Positions 22,095-31,164 are shown, numbered from the stretch's first letter. The stretch is 64,000 nucleotides of DNA from Vicinamibacteria bacterium (GCA_963763095.1 CAVXNR010000015.1:73865-137864), one strand, 5' to 3'. Notes: generated from the sequence alone by a model not told the origin. Numbers and translations: made by a program.

Positions 22095-23068
22095 GAGGGC
22101 TGGTGGCACTGCTTTGGGTGGCAGCGTTGCAGACGGGGCAGCAACCCGTACTCCCGTGCGTCTATTGGGCTCGCCCCGTGGCCGACACCCTCGCAATCAT
22201 CCGGGAGGCGGGCATCGAGCGCCTGTGTGTGCCGCCTGAGCTCGCGCCGTCGTGGCGCGACGCCGGAATCGACGTGGTCGAGATCAGTCCTGAGGATCTC
22301 GCCTCGCGCAAGGCGCTGCCGGCGCCTGGCATCGCGCACCGAGCCGACCTCGTGTCTGCCACACGCAGCCCCTGGCTGGTGGCGAACGGCTGGCAGTTCC
22401 TGCGTGCGCCCGACGGACGGTTCAAGTACGACCTGAAGACGGGCGCGGGCGCTCTGGCCGCGGCTGAGGCCGTTGCGTATGGCGGCGACGCCATCCTCTC
22501 GATTGACGCCTCCGGCATCTCCGAGCTTGGAGCGATGCTGGCCTTTTTACGACAAGTTCCGGCGCCTGCCGCTCAGGCCTCGCTCGGTGACCTCGGGGTT
22601 GTGGACGATGGGTCCGAAGAGATGGGGGAGGTGCTGAACTTGCTCTCGCGCCGGAACCTGCTGTTTGAGATCGTGAGGGCAGGCGATCGGCGCTTCCCGG
22701 TCACGGTTGCTCTGGGCAGTAAACGATACCCGCGTGAGAAGGCCGCCGATCCGAGTGCGCTTGCACTCGAGGTGCGGCGTGAGCTCACGGATCAAGCCCG
22801 CACGATACGCGTCTACGGCAGTGAGGCGGTGATCGGCCGGGTGACACGCCACGCGAGCGGTCTCCGTGTGCAGCTGCTGAACTATGGCGGTCGTGAGATC
22901 CAGGGCTTACGTGTGCGCCTGCGCGGGGTCTACGGTCGCGCTGAAGCGCTCGTGTCTGGCGTGGGACGAGTGGCGCTTGAGGACGTGGTCACGGGCGACG
23001 GTGCAACGGAGCTGTCACTTCCGCGCCTGACGATTTACGCCAGCGTCGATCTGGGGGCGGCCCGCTGA
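22091..23068 (+). CDS. hypothetical protein (no family recognised)
   Basis: A 325-aa ORF with coding-like composition. Its ATG overlaps the DUF362 stop (ATGA), suggesting co-translation. Confidence 0.5.
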   Translation: MRGLVALLWVAALQTGQQPVLPCVYWARPVADTLAIIREAGIERLCVPPELAPSWRDAGIDVVEISPEDLASRKALPAPGIAHRADLVSATRSPWLVANGWQFLRAPDGRFKYDLKTGAGALAAAEAVAYGGDAILSIDASGISELGAMLAFLRQVPAPAAQASLGDLGVVDDGSEEMGEVLNLLSRRNLLFEIVRAGDRRFPVTVALGSKRYPREKAADPSALALEVRRELTDQARTIRVYGSEAVIGRVTRHASGLRVQLLNYGGREIQGLRVRLRGVYGRAEALVSGVGRVALEDVVTGDGATELSLPRLTIYASVDLGAAR

Positions 23069-24113
23069 CGCGCGCTGATCGCGGAGGTGGACCATCTGCC
23101 ACCCGCGGCGCGCGGGAAGGAGGAAATACGCCTCCACTCCCGCCTGCCCAGCCAGGCTCGTGCGGCTCCCCTCGACACCGCGCACGAACAGCGCATCGTC
23201 CAGCGCGTCGCCATCCGTGCCGGTCGGGGCTAGCACCGCGACCGTGAGCACGCCTTGCACGGGACGGCCCGTGCGGGGGTTCATGATGTGGGCGTATCGC
23301 GTGCCGCCCGCGCGCGAAGAACTTCTCGGAGCTGCCCGCCACCGAGACCGCCCGGTCGCGCAGCGCTACGGTGAACGCAACCCGTGCCGGGTCCAGCGGA
23401 TCCTGGATGCTGACTTGCCAGTCGTCCCGCCCTGGTGGGGCTCCGATAGCGTAGACCGTGCTGCCGCCCGCGCTGATGAGCGCGGCGCGGACGCCGCGCT
23501 GCCGCAGCAGACCGACGACGCGATCCACCGCGTAGCCCTTCGCGATGCCGCCGAGATCGAGCTCGACTCCCGGAGTGTCGAATCTGATCGTTCGATCCGC
23601 AGCGTTGAGACGCACGTGGCGGTATCCGACCCGCCGTCGCACGGCCACCAGCTCGCGCCGTGTCGGCACACGGCCGTCATCCTGGAAGAAGCCCCAGAGT
23701 TTCATGAGGGGGCCGACCGTGATGTCGAACGCACCCTCGGAGCTGCGGCTGTAGTCGAGCGACTGCCCGATGAAGTCGAAGAGCTCGGGATCGACGGGCA
23801 CCGCGCTATGTGCCGCCTGGCGATTCAGCTGCGACAATGGGCTGTCTGGCCGGTAATGGCTCATGAGGCGATCGATGCGATCGACTTCATCGAGCGCCTC
23901 ATCGAGGGTGCGGGACAGGGTGTCGCGGTGCGTGCTGTAGGCGGCGATGGAGTACACGCAGCCCATCGACAATCGAGCGGTCTCGTGCCGTTCGAGCTCG
24001 CCGTCAGCGGCGGGCACCCCGTGAGCGCTGGGCACCCCGTGGCAGGCGACGCAGAGCAGAACCGCGCCCGCCACGCGGATGGAACCGGACGCCTGCCGCA
24101 CAGCACTCGTCAT
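23015..24113 (-). CDS. apbE: FAD:protein FMN transferase ApbE, lipoprotein (frame broken near 23308)
   Basis: LLCVAC is the lipobox and LDLGGIAKGYAVD is the motif. ORF 22989..24113 reads ..GSSEKFFARG and ORF 23015..23284 reads MNPRTGRPVQGVLTVAVLAPTGTDGDALDDALFV. They join as ..FFARGGTRYAHIMNPRTG.. if one G/C is removed from the CCC at 23307-23309. Confidence 0.85.
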
Positions 24114-24150
24114 TCAGGGATGCCGTCCTGCGGCTCGAGGCAGATTGGCG

Positions 24151-24627
24151 CTACAGCGCCGCGATGCAATCGATCTCCACCAGCGAGTTGCCGGGGATTC
24201 CTCCCGCGGCGGCAATCGTGGTGCGAACGCCCGGTTCAGGCCCGAACCGGCCGAGGAACACCTCGTTCATCGCTGCATAGTCCTTGAGGTCATTCAGATA
24301 CACGTTCACCTTGAGCACCTTCTCCATCGAGGATCCGGCCTGCTCCAGACGCTTCTTCATCTCGTCGAGCACGTGCGAGGTGTGGGCCTTGATGTCGCCT
24401 TCGAAATGCGCGCCGATGCCGGAGACGAACACGAGGCCGCCGTAGGACACGACGCCGCTGAAGAGCGGCGTCTTCTCCGGCCGCTTGCCGCCGTCCCAAT
24501 GAACCTTCTTCACAGGTTTGTCCGCCGGCTTCTCCTGACTGTGCACGGCCGCCGGCGCTACCGCCGCGGCTGTGACCGCGACAGCGGGTACCTGCGCGAG
24601 AAAACTGCGTCGCGTGGGCTTCTTCAC
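24151..24627 (-). CDS. RidA/YjgF-family protein with TAT signal
   Basis: VKKPTRRSFLAQVPAVAVTAAAVAPAAV is the twin-arginine signal. It is followed by a RidA fold (SGVVSYGGLVFVSG...VNVYLNDLKDYAAMNEVF...VEIDCIA). GTG 24627 is preceded by AAGGAGG. Confidence 0.82.
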   Translation of the reverse strand: MKKPTRRSFLAQVPAVAVTAAAVAPAAVHSQEKPADKPVKKVHWDGGKRPEKTPLFSGVVSYGGLVFVSGIGAHFEGDIKAHTSHVLDEMKKRLEQAGSSMEKVLKVNVYLNDLKDYAAMNEVFLGRFGPEPGVRTTIAAAGGIPGNSLVEIDCIAAL

Positions 24628-24653
24628 ATGACCTCCTTGCCGCCTTACGGCGG

Positions 24654-24688
24654 AATGCAAAATGCAAAATGCAAAATGCAGAATGTAA
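24654..24688. repeat. AT-rich heptamer tandem array (AATGCAA)x5
   Basis: AATGCAA AATGCAA AATGCAA AATGCAG AATGTAA, preceded by the small hairpin CCGCCttacGGCGG. Confidence 0.95.
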
Positions 24689-24702
24689 AGGCTGAACGCT
24701 CC

Positions 24703-26034
24703 TCAGGGGCTGGGGGCGGATCCGTAATCGGGCGCCAGCGTCTCCCAATCCGGCTTCGTGAGCCCATTCAGGTCGAACACGACGTTGCCATCTCGCAGCG
24801 TCAGCTCACACACCAGGCGCGTGCTGCCGTGCAGGCGGGCACCATACGAGTCGACGAATCCGAACCGGCCGTGTTCGACGCGCAGCACGGCGATGTCTGC
24901 GATGGCGCCAACCGAGAGATGGCCGATTGACTCCTGCTTCACCTCGCGCGCGGGATTCCAGGTGGCCCTGCGCACCACGTCGTCGAGCGGCACCTCGAGC
25001 GCGAGGAGCTTGCTCATCACGTTCAGCATGTCCTTCATGCCGGCGTTCATGCTGCCGATGTGGAGGTCGGTCGAAATCGAGTCCGGGAGGAATCCCGCGC
25101 GAACGGCGGGGACGGCGACTCGCCAGAGAAAGCTCCCGCCGCCGTGACCGACGTCGAAGATGACCCCGCGCTTCCGTCCTTCGAACAACGCGGGGTTCAG
25201 GTGCCCGGGGCGGTCGAGCTCGCCCCGCAGCCCGGAGTAGACGTGGGTGTAGATGTCGCCCGGCCGCAGCTTCGTCGTGACGAGCGCCGCGAGCGGCCGT
25301 TCCGGCTGATTCTTTCCGAAATCGACCATCACCGGGATGTCGGCCGCGGTGCCCGCTTCGACCGCGCGCTCCACGGGCGCCCATTCGGGGCCGGCGTAGT
25401 GTGCCGTCTTGACGCCGACGATCGTGCCACGGTTGGCCCGCGCCACGTTCACGGTCGGCTGCACCTCCATGTCGCCGAGGTTCTGCTCGAAGGTGTCGCC
25501 CCGCATACCGTGGCCGACGATGTTGAGAAAGGCGAGCACGCGCGTGCGGGAGCGCGTGATCACGCGTGACCGGAAATCGTCGAAGTTCCGCCAGCCCGAA
25601 CTGCCCGCATCGACGACCGTAGTGACGCCCGCCCGGAACGTGAACCCGTCGGGGTAGACGCTGTTGTCACCCGCGTACGAGCGCGCCTCTCCAGTGCCGG
25701 CGTAGACGTGCACGTGAATGTCGACGAGACCCGGCGTGACGTAAAGGCCCGTGACATCCACCGTCTGGGCGGCTTCGGCCGGATCGATCCCTGGCGCGAC
25801 CGCGGCAACGACGCCCGAGCGGATGGCCAGGTCGCGCACGGCGCTGAGTCCGTTTCGCGGATCGATGACGTGGCCGCCGCGGAGGAGGAGATCGTATCGG
25901 TGCGCGCTCTGCGCCGGACGGGCGGAGGATGGCGGCAGAATGAAAAATGAAAAATGAAAAATGAAAAAGGCAGAGCAACGCGGCGACGCGCAGCCGCAGC
26001 GGCGTTCGCGTGGCTGATTCCACTCTCGATTCAC
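24703..26034 (-). CDS. amidohydrolase/deacetylase-family metallohydrolase (D-aminoacylase/dihydroorotase-like)
   Basis: YDLLLRGGHVIDP... and GLVDIHVHVYAG are the motifs. The only in-frame ATG/GTG/TTG upstream of the domain is GTG 26034. That gives an N-terminus whose hydrophobic core FFIFHFSFFI is encoded by the heptamer array. Confidence 0.8.
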   Translation of the reverse strand: MNREWNQPRERRCGCASPRCSAFFIFHFSFFILPPSSARPAQSAHRYDLLLRGGHVIDPRNGLSAVRDLAIRSGVVAAVAPGIDPAEAAQTVDVTGLYVTPGLVDIHVHVYAGTGEARSYAGDNSVYPDGFTFRAGVTTVVDAGSSGWRNFDDFRSRVITRSRTRVLAFLNIVGHGMRGDTFEQNLGDMEVQPTVNVARANRGTIVGVKTAHYAGPEWAPVERAVEAGTAADIPVMVDFGKNQPERPLAALVTTKLRPGDIYTHVYSGLRGELDRPGHLNPALFEGRKRGVIFDVGHGGGSFLWRVAVPAVRAGFLPDSISTDLHIGSMNAGMKDMLNVMSKLLALEVPLDDVVRRATWNPAREVKQESIGHLSVGAIADIAVLRVEHGRFGFVDSYGARLHGSTRLVCELTLRDGNVVFDLNGLTKPDWETLAPDYGSAPSP

Positions 26035-26072
26035 GGATCGAGTTTTTCATTTTCCATTCTTCATTCTTCATT
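25939..26072. repeat. inverted pair of AT-rich heptamer arrays: (AATGAAA)x4 ... (TTTCATT-type)x4
   Basis: 25939-25966 is AATGAAA x4. 26045-26072 is TTTCATT TTCCATT CTTCATT CTTCATT. The spacer is ~78 bp. Confidence 0.93.
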
Positions 26073-27671
26073 TGCGCCGCTCTGCCGTCCAGCCGGGCGC
26101 TCAGGTACTCACCCATGTCGAGCGCCCCCGACATCGTGTCGCCGGCAACCGTGCCCGAGAAGGTGAAGTTCAGCGCATCGCCATGCTCCTCGCCATAGGC
26201 GCTGCGGATGCGCAGCGTGTCCCCGTCGATGGTGCCGGAGACATCGCGCGTCACGAAGTCTCCACGGTGCGAGCCGTCGAGCGTGTTCTCTCGCTGCCGG
26301 AGGTAGAGCGTGTGGGTGGACGTGCTCGCCGCGTACGCGATGCGGACGTCCCATTGCCCCGTGAGGTCCACGGCCGGGGCCGACCGCGTGGGCGCGCCGC
26401 ATCGCTGGGAGGACTCGAGAGCACGGCCCGCAGCCGTTCGGCGACGACCTTCTCCTCACCGGCGCGCCAGCATGTACGGTGTAACCGATACGCCCGTCCG
26501 TGAGGGATCGTCGCTCCGCGCCGCGAAAAGGGCGATGCGAGGTTCGCCCTCGAGCAGCGTTCGCGCGACGAGCTCGCCCGAGACGCCAAGCCGTTGCCGG
26601 TCCCAGAGCACCTCGAGGGACGGGGTGCGGTTCGAGAGCCCGACGGGTTGCACGATCCTGGTGGTGACCCCGTCAATCGTGGAGACGCGGCGTGAGATGT
26701 GGTCGAGCCACGCCGTCCACTGATTCCACTCGGCCTTGTGGTCACGCGTCGCCCACATCTCGACTGCCATCAGCATGGCGATCGCTTCCTCCTTCCCGAC
26801 CTTCATGCCTCGCGCAAACCCGTGGTGCGGCGCGCTGTGTACCCACGCCGCGCGCACGAGTCCCTTGTTCCCGAGCAGCAGGCCCGCCGTCTGCGGCCCG
26901 CGCAGGCATTTGCCGCCGCTGTAGCCGACCAGCGTGGCCCCATGCTGCAGGTGCACGTTGGGCACGCTGAGGACCTCGGCGGCGGCATCCACCAGGATCG
27001 GCACGCCGCGCGCCTGCGCCAGGGGCGCGATGGCTGGCAGGCTGAGCGGGCTCGCATCAGCAGCAGGTCCCGCGAAGAGATACACGAGCGCCGTGCGCGG
27101 GCCAAAGGCGGCCTCGAGATCGGCCATGGTCTCGACCTCGATCATCCGCAGGCCCACGGCGCGCACCGCCGCGTCGTAGACGTTCCGCGAGTGCTTCGGG
27201 ATGATCGCCTCATCGCGTGGAAAGCCTCGGAGGTCCGGGATCCGGACGTGGAGATCGGGATTGCCCCCCGCCACGCACGCCGCGGCGGCGTGCGTGAGCG
27301 CCGCCGCACAGCCTGATGTGACCACGCCCCATTCCGCGCCGGTGAGCGCCGCCAGACGGGCGCCAATGGCATCGGCCAGCTCGTCGAGGTGAACGTAACG
27401 CCGGGCGGCCGCCTCGAAGGCAGCTCGCACCTCGGGGAGCATCACGGAGCCGCCGATGATCGTGTAGGTGCCGCGCGCGTTGATCACCGGGCGCACCCCG
27501 ATCGACTCGTACACGTCGGCACCCGGCCTGAGGCCCGATGGGGAAGGCGGCCGCCGATCGCACAACGCCCGATGACGACTCGCTGTGGCGCAGCATCGGA
27601 AGCGCCAGCGCCCCGCCCACGCCACCGCCCCGTCGTAAGAGCTCGCGCCGCGTGATCGCCGTCTCGCTCAT
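26068..27671 (-). CDS. SelA-like/aminotransferase class-V-fold PLP enzyme with TAT signal and C-terminal extra domain (multiple frame breaks)
   Basis: MSETAITRRELLRRGGGVGGALAL is the TAT signal, in the ORF 27210..27707 frame. The body is ORF 26456..27625 (GVRPVINARGTYTIIGGS...). It then reads GEEKVVAERLRAVLSS in a third frame and VDLTGQWDVRIAYAASTSTHTLYLRQ.. in the ORF 25667..26371 frame. The likely end is ..GWTAERRK* at 26068. Four or more indels are needed, so the coordinates are approximate. Confidence 0.6.
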
Positions 27672-27851
27672 TGTTCTCTCCGCATCCAATGGCAGCCGCG
27701 GCTGCAACAGCCGGAACGCACCGCACGAGGGCGAGGCGCTCCCGAACCAAGATCACGACGTGGCGGGGATGCTAGCACGCCGCCAACGGCTCGCGTCACC
27801 TGACCCGAGGTCCCCGATGATCTGGCGGACACCTCCCAGACCCGCCCGTAG

Positions 27852-28700
27852 TCAACCGAACTCAGGCCCCACGATCGCATACTGCTCGTCGGGTCGCCCG
27901 ATCACGCCTTCACGACCGCGGCGCATCCGGATGAACGGCCGCTGTACGTGGAAGCCTGATGCTGCGAGCCACGCCTGCCACTCCGCCGCATCGCTCGGCG
28001 CATCCAGTATGAGGGGCACACCCGGGCTCGCCCGGACGCAGGCCGCCACGAGGCCAGCCGCGACGGTGTGATCGCGCGCGACGATAGGGCCGAGGTGGTC
28101 GAAGGCAAAGCCGTGGCGGCCGAGCATCCAGCCTGCCAGGCCTCTCGTGTCGTCGGCGACCCAGGCGTAACCGGGAGCGGCTGCCCCGAGCCACTCGAGG
28201 AGGGACTGTCGCGACGCGCCGAACACGTCAAGGTCCCACGCGGCAATCGCCGCGTGGTCTGCCGTTCTCATGCGCCGCACTGCGACAGTGCGCGCAGGGG
28301 CCAGTTGATCCGATACCCCCCGCTCCATCCGCGCCAGGCGGTATTCTTCCTCGAATCCGCGCGCTCGATAGATCGGATGTCCCGCCGGTGTGGCATCCAG
28401 CCGCACGACCGGTACGTGCTCGAGCAGTTCTAAACCCGCCGTCAGCATGGCGGTCCCGAGCCCTTGTCTCCGCTGGGCGGGGTCGACGAGGACCATAGCC
28501 ACCCAACCGAATTGCGCGTCGTACTCGAGTGCGGCGACTGAGGCCACTACGCGCCCGTCCATCTCGGCCGCCCGGGCGCCGCCAGGGTTGAGCGCGAGCA
28601 ACTGCTCCCAGTCGCTCGCGAGCTGATTCCACCCGCTGGCGCGGCACAGGCGGAGGCCGGCCGGGATGTCGAGCGCAGTCATCGGGCGGATGGTGAACAT
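27852..28700 (-). CDS. GNAT-family N-acetyltransferase with C-terminal YitH-like domain
   Basis: VMVLVDPAQRRQGLGTAML is the acetyl-CoA binding motif. The protein is 282 aa. Confidence 0.8.
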   Translation of the reverse strand: MFTIRPMTALDIPAGLRLCRASGWNQLASDWEQLLALNPGGARAAEMDGRVVASVAALEYDAQFGWVAMVLVDPAQRRQGLGTAMLTAGLELLEHVPVVRLDATPAGHPIYRARGFEEEYRLARMERGVSDQLAPARTVAVRRMRTADHAAIAAWDLDVFGASRQSLLEWLGAAAPGYAWVADDTRGLAGWMLGRHGFAFDHLGPIVARDHTVAAGLVAACVRASPGVPLILDAPSDAAEWQAWLAASGFHVQRPFIRMRRGREGVIGRPDEQYAIVGPEFG

Positions 28701-28830
28701 GCGGGTTCGAAGCTCTGCGTGAGCGCTCGCGTTACATGCGCCCGTGCGACGGTGTACGCTCGTGCCCCGGGCCTGCGCCGCGTTCAGGCCACGGTTGCAA
28801 GAGTTGCCGCTACTCTACACAGGGACGCCC

Positions 28831-29859
28831 GTGCTGCCTACCCGGATCGACACCATCGAGACGCTCGAGGATCTGCTCAGCGAGCCCACATCGGGGCTCC
28901 TGGAGGCGACGCGCGGCCGCACGGGCGATCTCATCGTCCTCGGGGCCGGTGGCAAGATGGGACCGACGCTCGCGCGCATGGCCCGTCGCGCCGCCGACGC
29001 TGCCGGTCTCACGCGGCGAGTGATTGCCGTCTCGCGCTTTCAATCCCCCACGGCACGCCAGCGTCTCGACGCTGCCGGCGTGGAGACCATCGCCTGCGAT
29101 CTCCTGGACGACGACGCGGTCGGGCGGCTGCCGGACGCGACAGACGTTGTCTACATGGCCGGCATGAAGTTCGGCGCGACCGGGCAGGCGGCCCTCACGT
29201 GGGCCGAGAACTGCCTCATCCCCGCGTCCGTCTGCCGCCGCTACCAGTCGTCTCGCGTAGTCGCGTTCTCGACCGGCAACGTGTATCCGCTCGTGCCCGC
29301 GGGGCACGGGTCGCGCGAAGAGGATCCGCCGGGCCCGGCAGGCGAGTACGCCATGAGCTGCCTCGGCCGTGAGCGCATATTCGAGTACTTCAGCAGCCGC
29401 GCGTCCACCCCTGTCACGCTTCTTCGGCTGAACTATGCCTGCGAGCTCCGGTACGGGGTGCTCGTCGACCTGGCGCGCCGTGTGTGGACCGGAGAGCCGG
29501 TGGATCTGACGACCGGCCACTTCAACGTCATCTGGCAGGGTGACGCGAACGCGATGAGCCTCATGGCGCTGACCTGCGCAACCGTGCCGCCCCAGGTTCT
29601 CAACGTGACCGGGCCGGAGGAACTACGCGTGCGCGCGGTGACGGAGGAGTTGGCTCGCCGCATGGGCAAACGGGTCACGTTCACCGGGGTCGAAGCCGGC
29701 GACGCGCTGTTGAGCGATGCGTCACGCGCGGTCGCGCTGTTCGGGAAGCCGCGCGTCAATGCAGGGCAGCTGATCGAGTGGATCGCCGAGTGGACCATGC
29801 GCGGCGGCGACACGCTCGGGAAGGCGACGAAGTTCGAGGTGCGAGACGGCAGGTTCTGA
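28831..29859 (+). CDS. NAD(P)-dependent epimerase/dehydratase-family oxidoreductase
   Basis: LIVLGAGGKMGPTLARMA is the Rossmann motif. The start is taken as GTG 28831 within ORF 28744..29859 and is uncertain. Confidence 0.7.
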   Translation: MLPTRIDTIETLEDLLSEPTSGLLEATRGRTGDLIVLGAGGKMGPTLARMARRAADAAGLTRRVIAVSRFQSPTARQRLDAAGVETIACDLLDDDAVGRLPDATDVVYMAGMKFGATGQAALTWAENCLIPASVCRRYQSSRVVAFSTGNVYPLVPAGHGSREEDPPGPAGEYAMSCLGRERIFEYFSSRASTPVTLLRLNYACELRYGVLVDLARRVWTGEPVDLTTGHFNVIWQGDANAMSLMALTCATVPPQVLNVTGPEELRVRAVTEELARRMGKRVTFTGVEAGDALLSDASRAVALFGKPRVNAGQLIEWIAEWTMRGGDTLGKATKFEVRDGRF

Positions 29860-29869
29860 CAGGGAGGAC

Positions 29870-30925
29870 GTCCTGGACATCGATGCACGCGTACTCGGCG
29901 CGCTACGGCGTGGTCTCGTTATCCCGGCACATCCCCTCGCGCTCACAGCCGACGGGACACTGGACGAGCGTCACCAGCGCGCGCTGACGCGGTACTATCT
30001 CGCAGCTGGAGCCGGCGGGCTCGCCGTCGGCGTGCACACGACGCAGTTCGCGATCCGCGACGCCTCGGTGGGGCTCTTCGAGCCGGTGCTGGCCCTTGCC
30101 TCGGAGGAGATCGCACGTGCCGACGCCGGACGTGATGTGCCGGTCGTGCGCATCGGCGGAATCTGTGGCACGACGCCACAGGCAACCCGCGAAGCCGGGC
30201 TGCTCCGTGATCTCCGATTCCACGCGGGGCTGCTCAGTCTTGCGGCGCTCGGCCGATCCACGGACGACGAGCTGCTTGCGCACTGCCGCACCGTCTCGGA
30301 GGTGATCCCGATCGTCGGCTTCTACCTGCAACCCTCGGTCGGTGGGCGACCCCTGTCATACGCGTTCTGGCGCCGCTTTGCGGACCTGCCGAACGTCGTC
30401 GCGATCAAGATTGCGCCGTTCAACCGCTACCAGACCCTGGACGTCGTCCGCGCGGTGACAGAATCGGGCCGCGACGACATCGCGCTTTACACCGGCAACG
30501 ACGACAACATCGTGCTGGACCTGATCACCCCGTTCCGCTTCGCGGCGACCGAGGCGGGGACGCCGCGCCGCATCGTCGGCGGGCTGCTTGGCCACTGGGC
30601 CGTCTGGACGCGCACCGCCGTAAAACTGCTGGAGGAGTGTCAGCGGGTCGGTGAGACCGTGCCGCGCCAGCTGCTGCAACGTGCGGCGGAGGTGACCGAT
30701 GCTAATGCAGCCTTCTTCGACGCAGCACACGGATTCGCGGGGTGCATCGCCGGCCTCCATGCGGTGCTGCAACGGCAGGGACTGCTCGCAAGCACGCGGT
30801 GCCTCGACCCGCGCGAGACGCTCAGCCCGGGACAGGCCGAGGAGATCGACCGCGTGTACGCCGCCTACCCCCACCTGAACGACGATGAGTTCGTGGCGCG
30901 GCAGCTTGACGAGTGGCTGCGGTAG
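29870..30925 (+). CDS. dihydrodipicolinate synthase-family (class I aldolase-like) protein; start codon unresolved
   Basis: ORF 30032..30925 stays open and protein-like upstream (VLDIDARVLGALRRGLVIPAHPLALTADGTLDERHQRALTRYYLAAGAGGLAVGVHTTQF). No ATG/GTG/TTG is present there. GGAGGA lies at 29864-29869. Confidence 0.65.
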   Translation, partial: VLDIDARVLGALRRGLVIPAHPLALTADGTLDERHQRALTRYYLAAGAGGLAVGVHTTQFAIRDASVGLFEPVLALASEEIARADAGRDVPVVRIGGICGTTPQATREAGLLRDLRFHAGLLSLAALGRSTDDELLAHCRTVSEVIPIVGFYLQPSVGGRPLSYAFWRRFADLPNVVAIKIAPFNRYQTLDVVRAVTESGRDDIALYTGNDDNIVLDLITPFRFAATEAGTPRRIVGGLLGHWAVWTRTAVKLLEECQRVGETVPRQLLQRAAEVTDANAAFFDAAHGFAGCIAGLHAVLQRQGLLASTRCLDPRETLSPGQAEEIDRVYAAYPHLNDDEFVARQLDEWLR

Positions 30926-30940
30926 CGACGGACGAACCGT

Positions 30941-31125
30941 GCAGGGCTGAAGCCCTGCCCCACATGGCAGTGATCAGCCCCGCCCCGGCAGGACTCGCAG
31001 CCTGCCTGCGGTGACGCTGTGGCGCCAGGTCCGATGTGGGGCAGGGCTTCAGCCCTGCATGCCGGATGTGGGGCAGGCTTCAGCCCTGCATGCTGGATGT
31101 GGGGCAGGGCTTCAGCCCTGCATGC
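30941..31125. repeat. REP-like element cluster: one reverse copy plus three tandem forward copies
   Basis: GCAGGGCTGAAGCCCTGCCCCACAT lies at 30941-30965. GATGTGGGGCAGGGCTTCAGCCCTGCATGC-type copies lie at 31033-31062, 31064-31093 and 31095-31125, with a period of 31-32 nt. The cluster sits between convergent genes. Confidence 0.9.
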
Positions 31126-31164
31126 GCGTCAGGCTATCGGCGCTTCGTGCGGGCGTGGCGACTG

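Noticed and set aside
25667-26371. 234-aa ORF as an independent gene
   Set aside because: Its first ~95 codons are the C-terminal domain of the SelA-like enzyme. The remainder is read-through across the heptamer arrays and antisense or off-frame sequence of the amidohydrolase gene.
26371-26458. In-frame TGA (26456-26458) between the SelA-like body and the downstream VDLTGQW... segment as selenocysteine or programmed readthrough
   Set aside because: The sequence just after the TGA in that frame (GEGRRRTAAGRALESSQRCG) is not protein-like. A neighbouring frame reads a convincing GEEKVVAERLRAVLSS. Two compensating indels explain it better, and I see no SECIS-like hairpin.
30941-31125. Possible CRISPR array (three direct repeats of ~30 nt)
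   Set aside because: The repeats are contiguous with no spacers. They are the same REP-like hairpin found at 14952-15017, and no cas genes are in the window.
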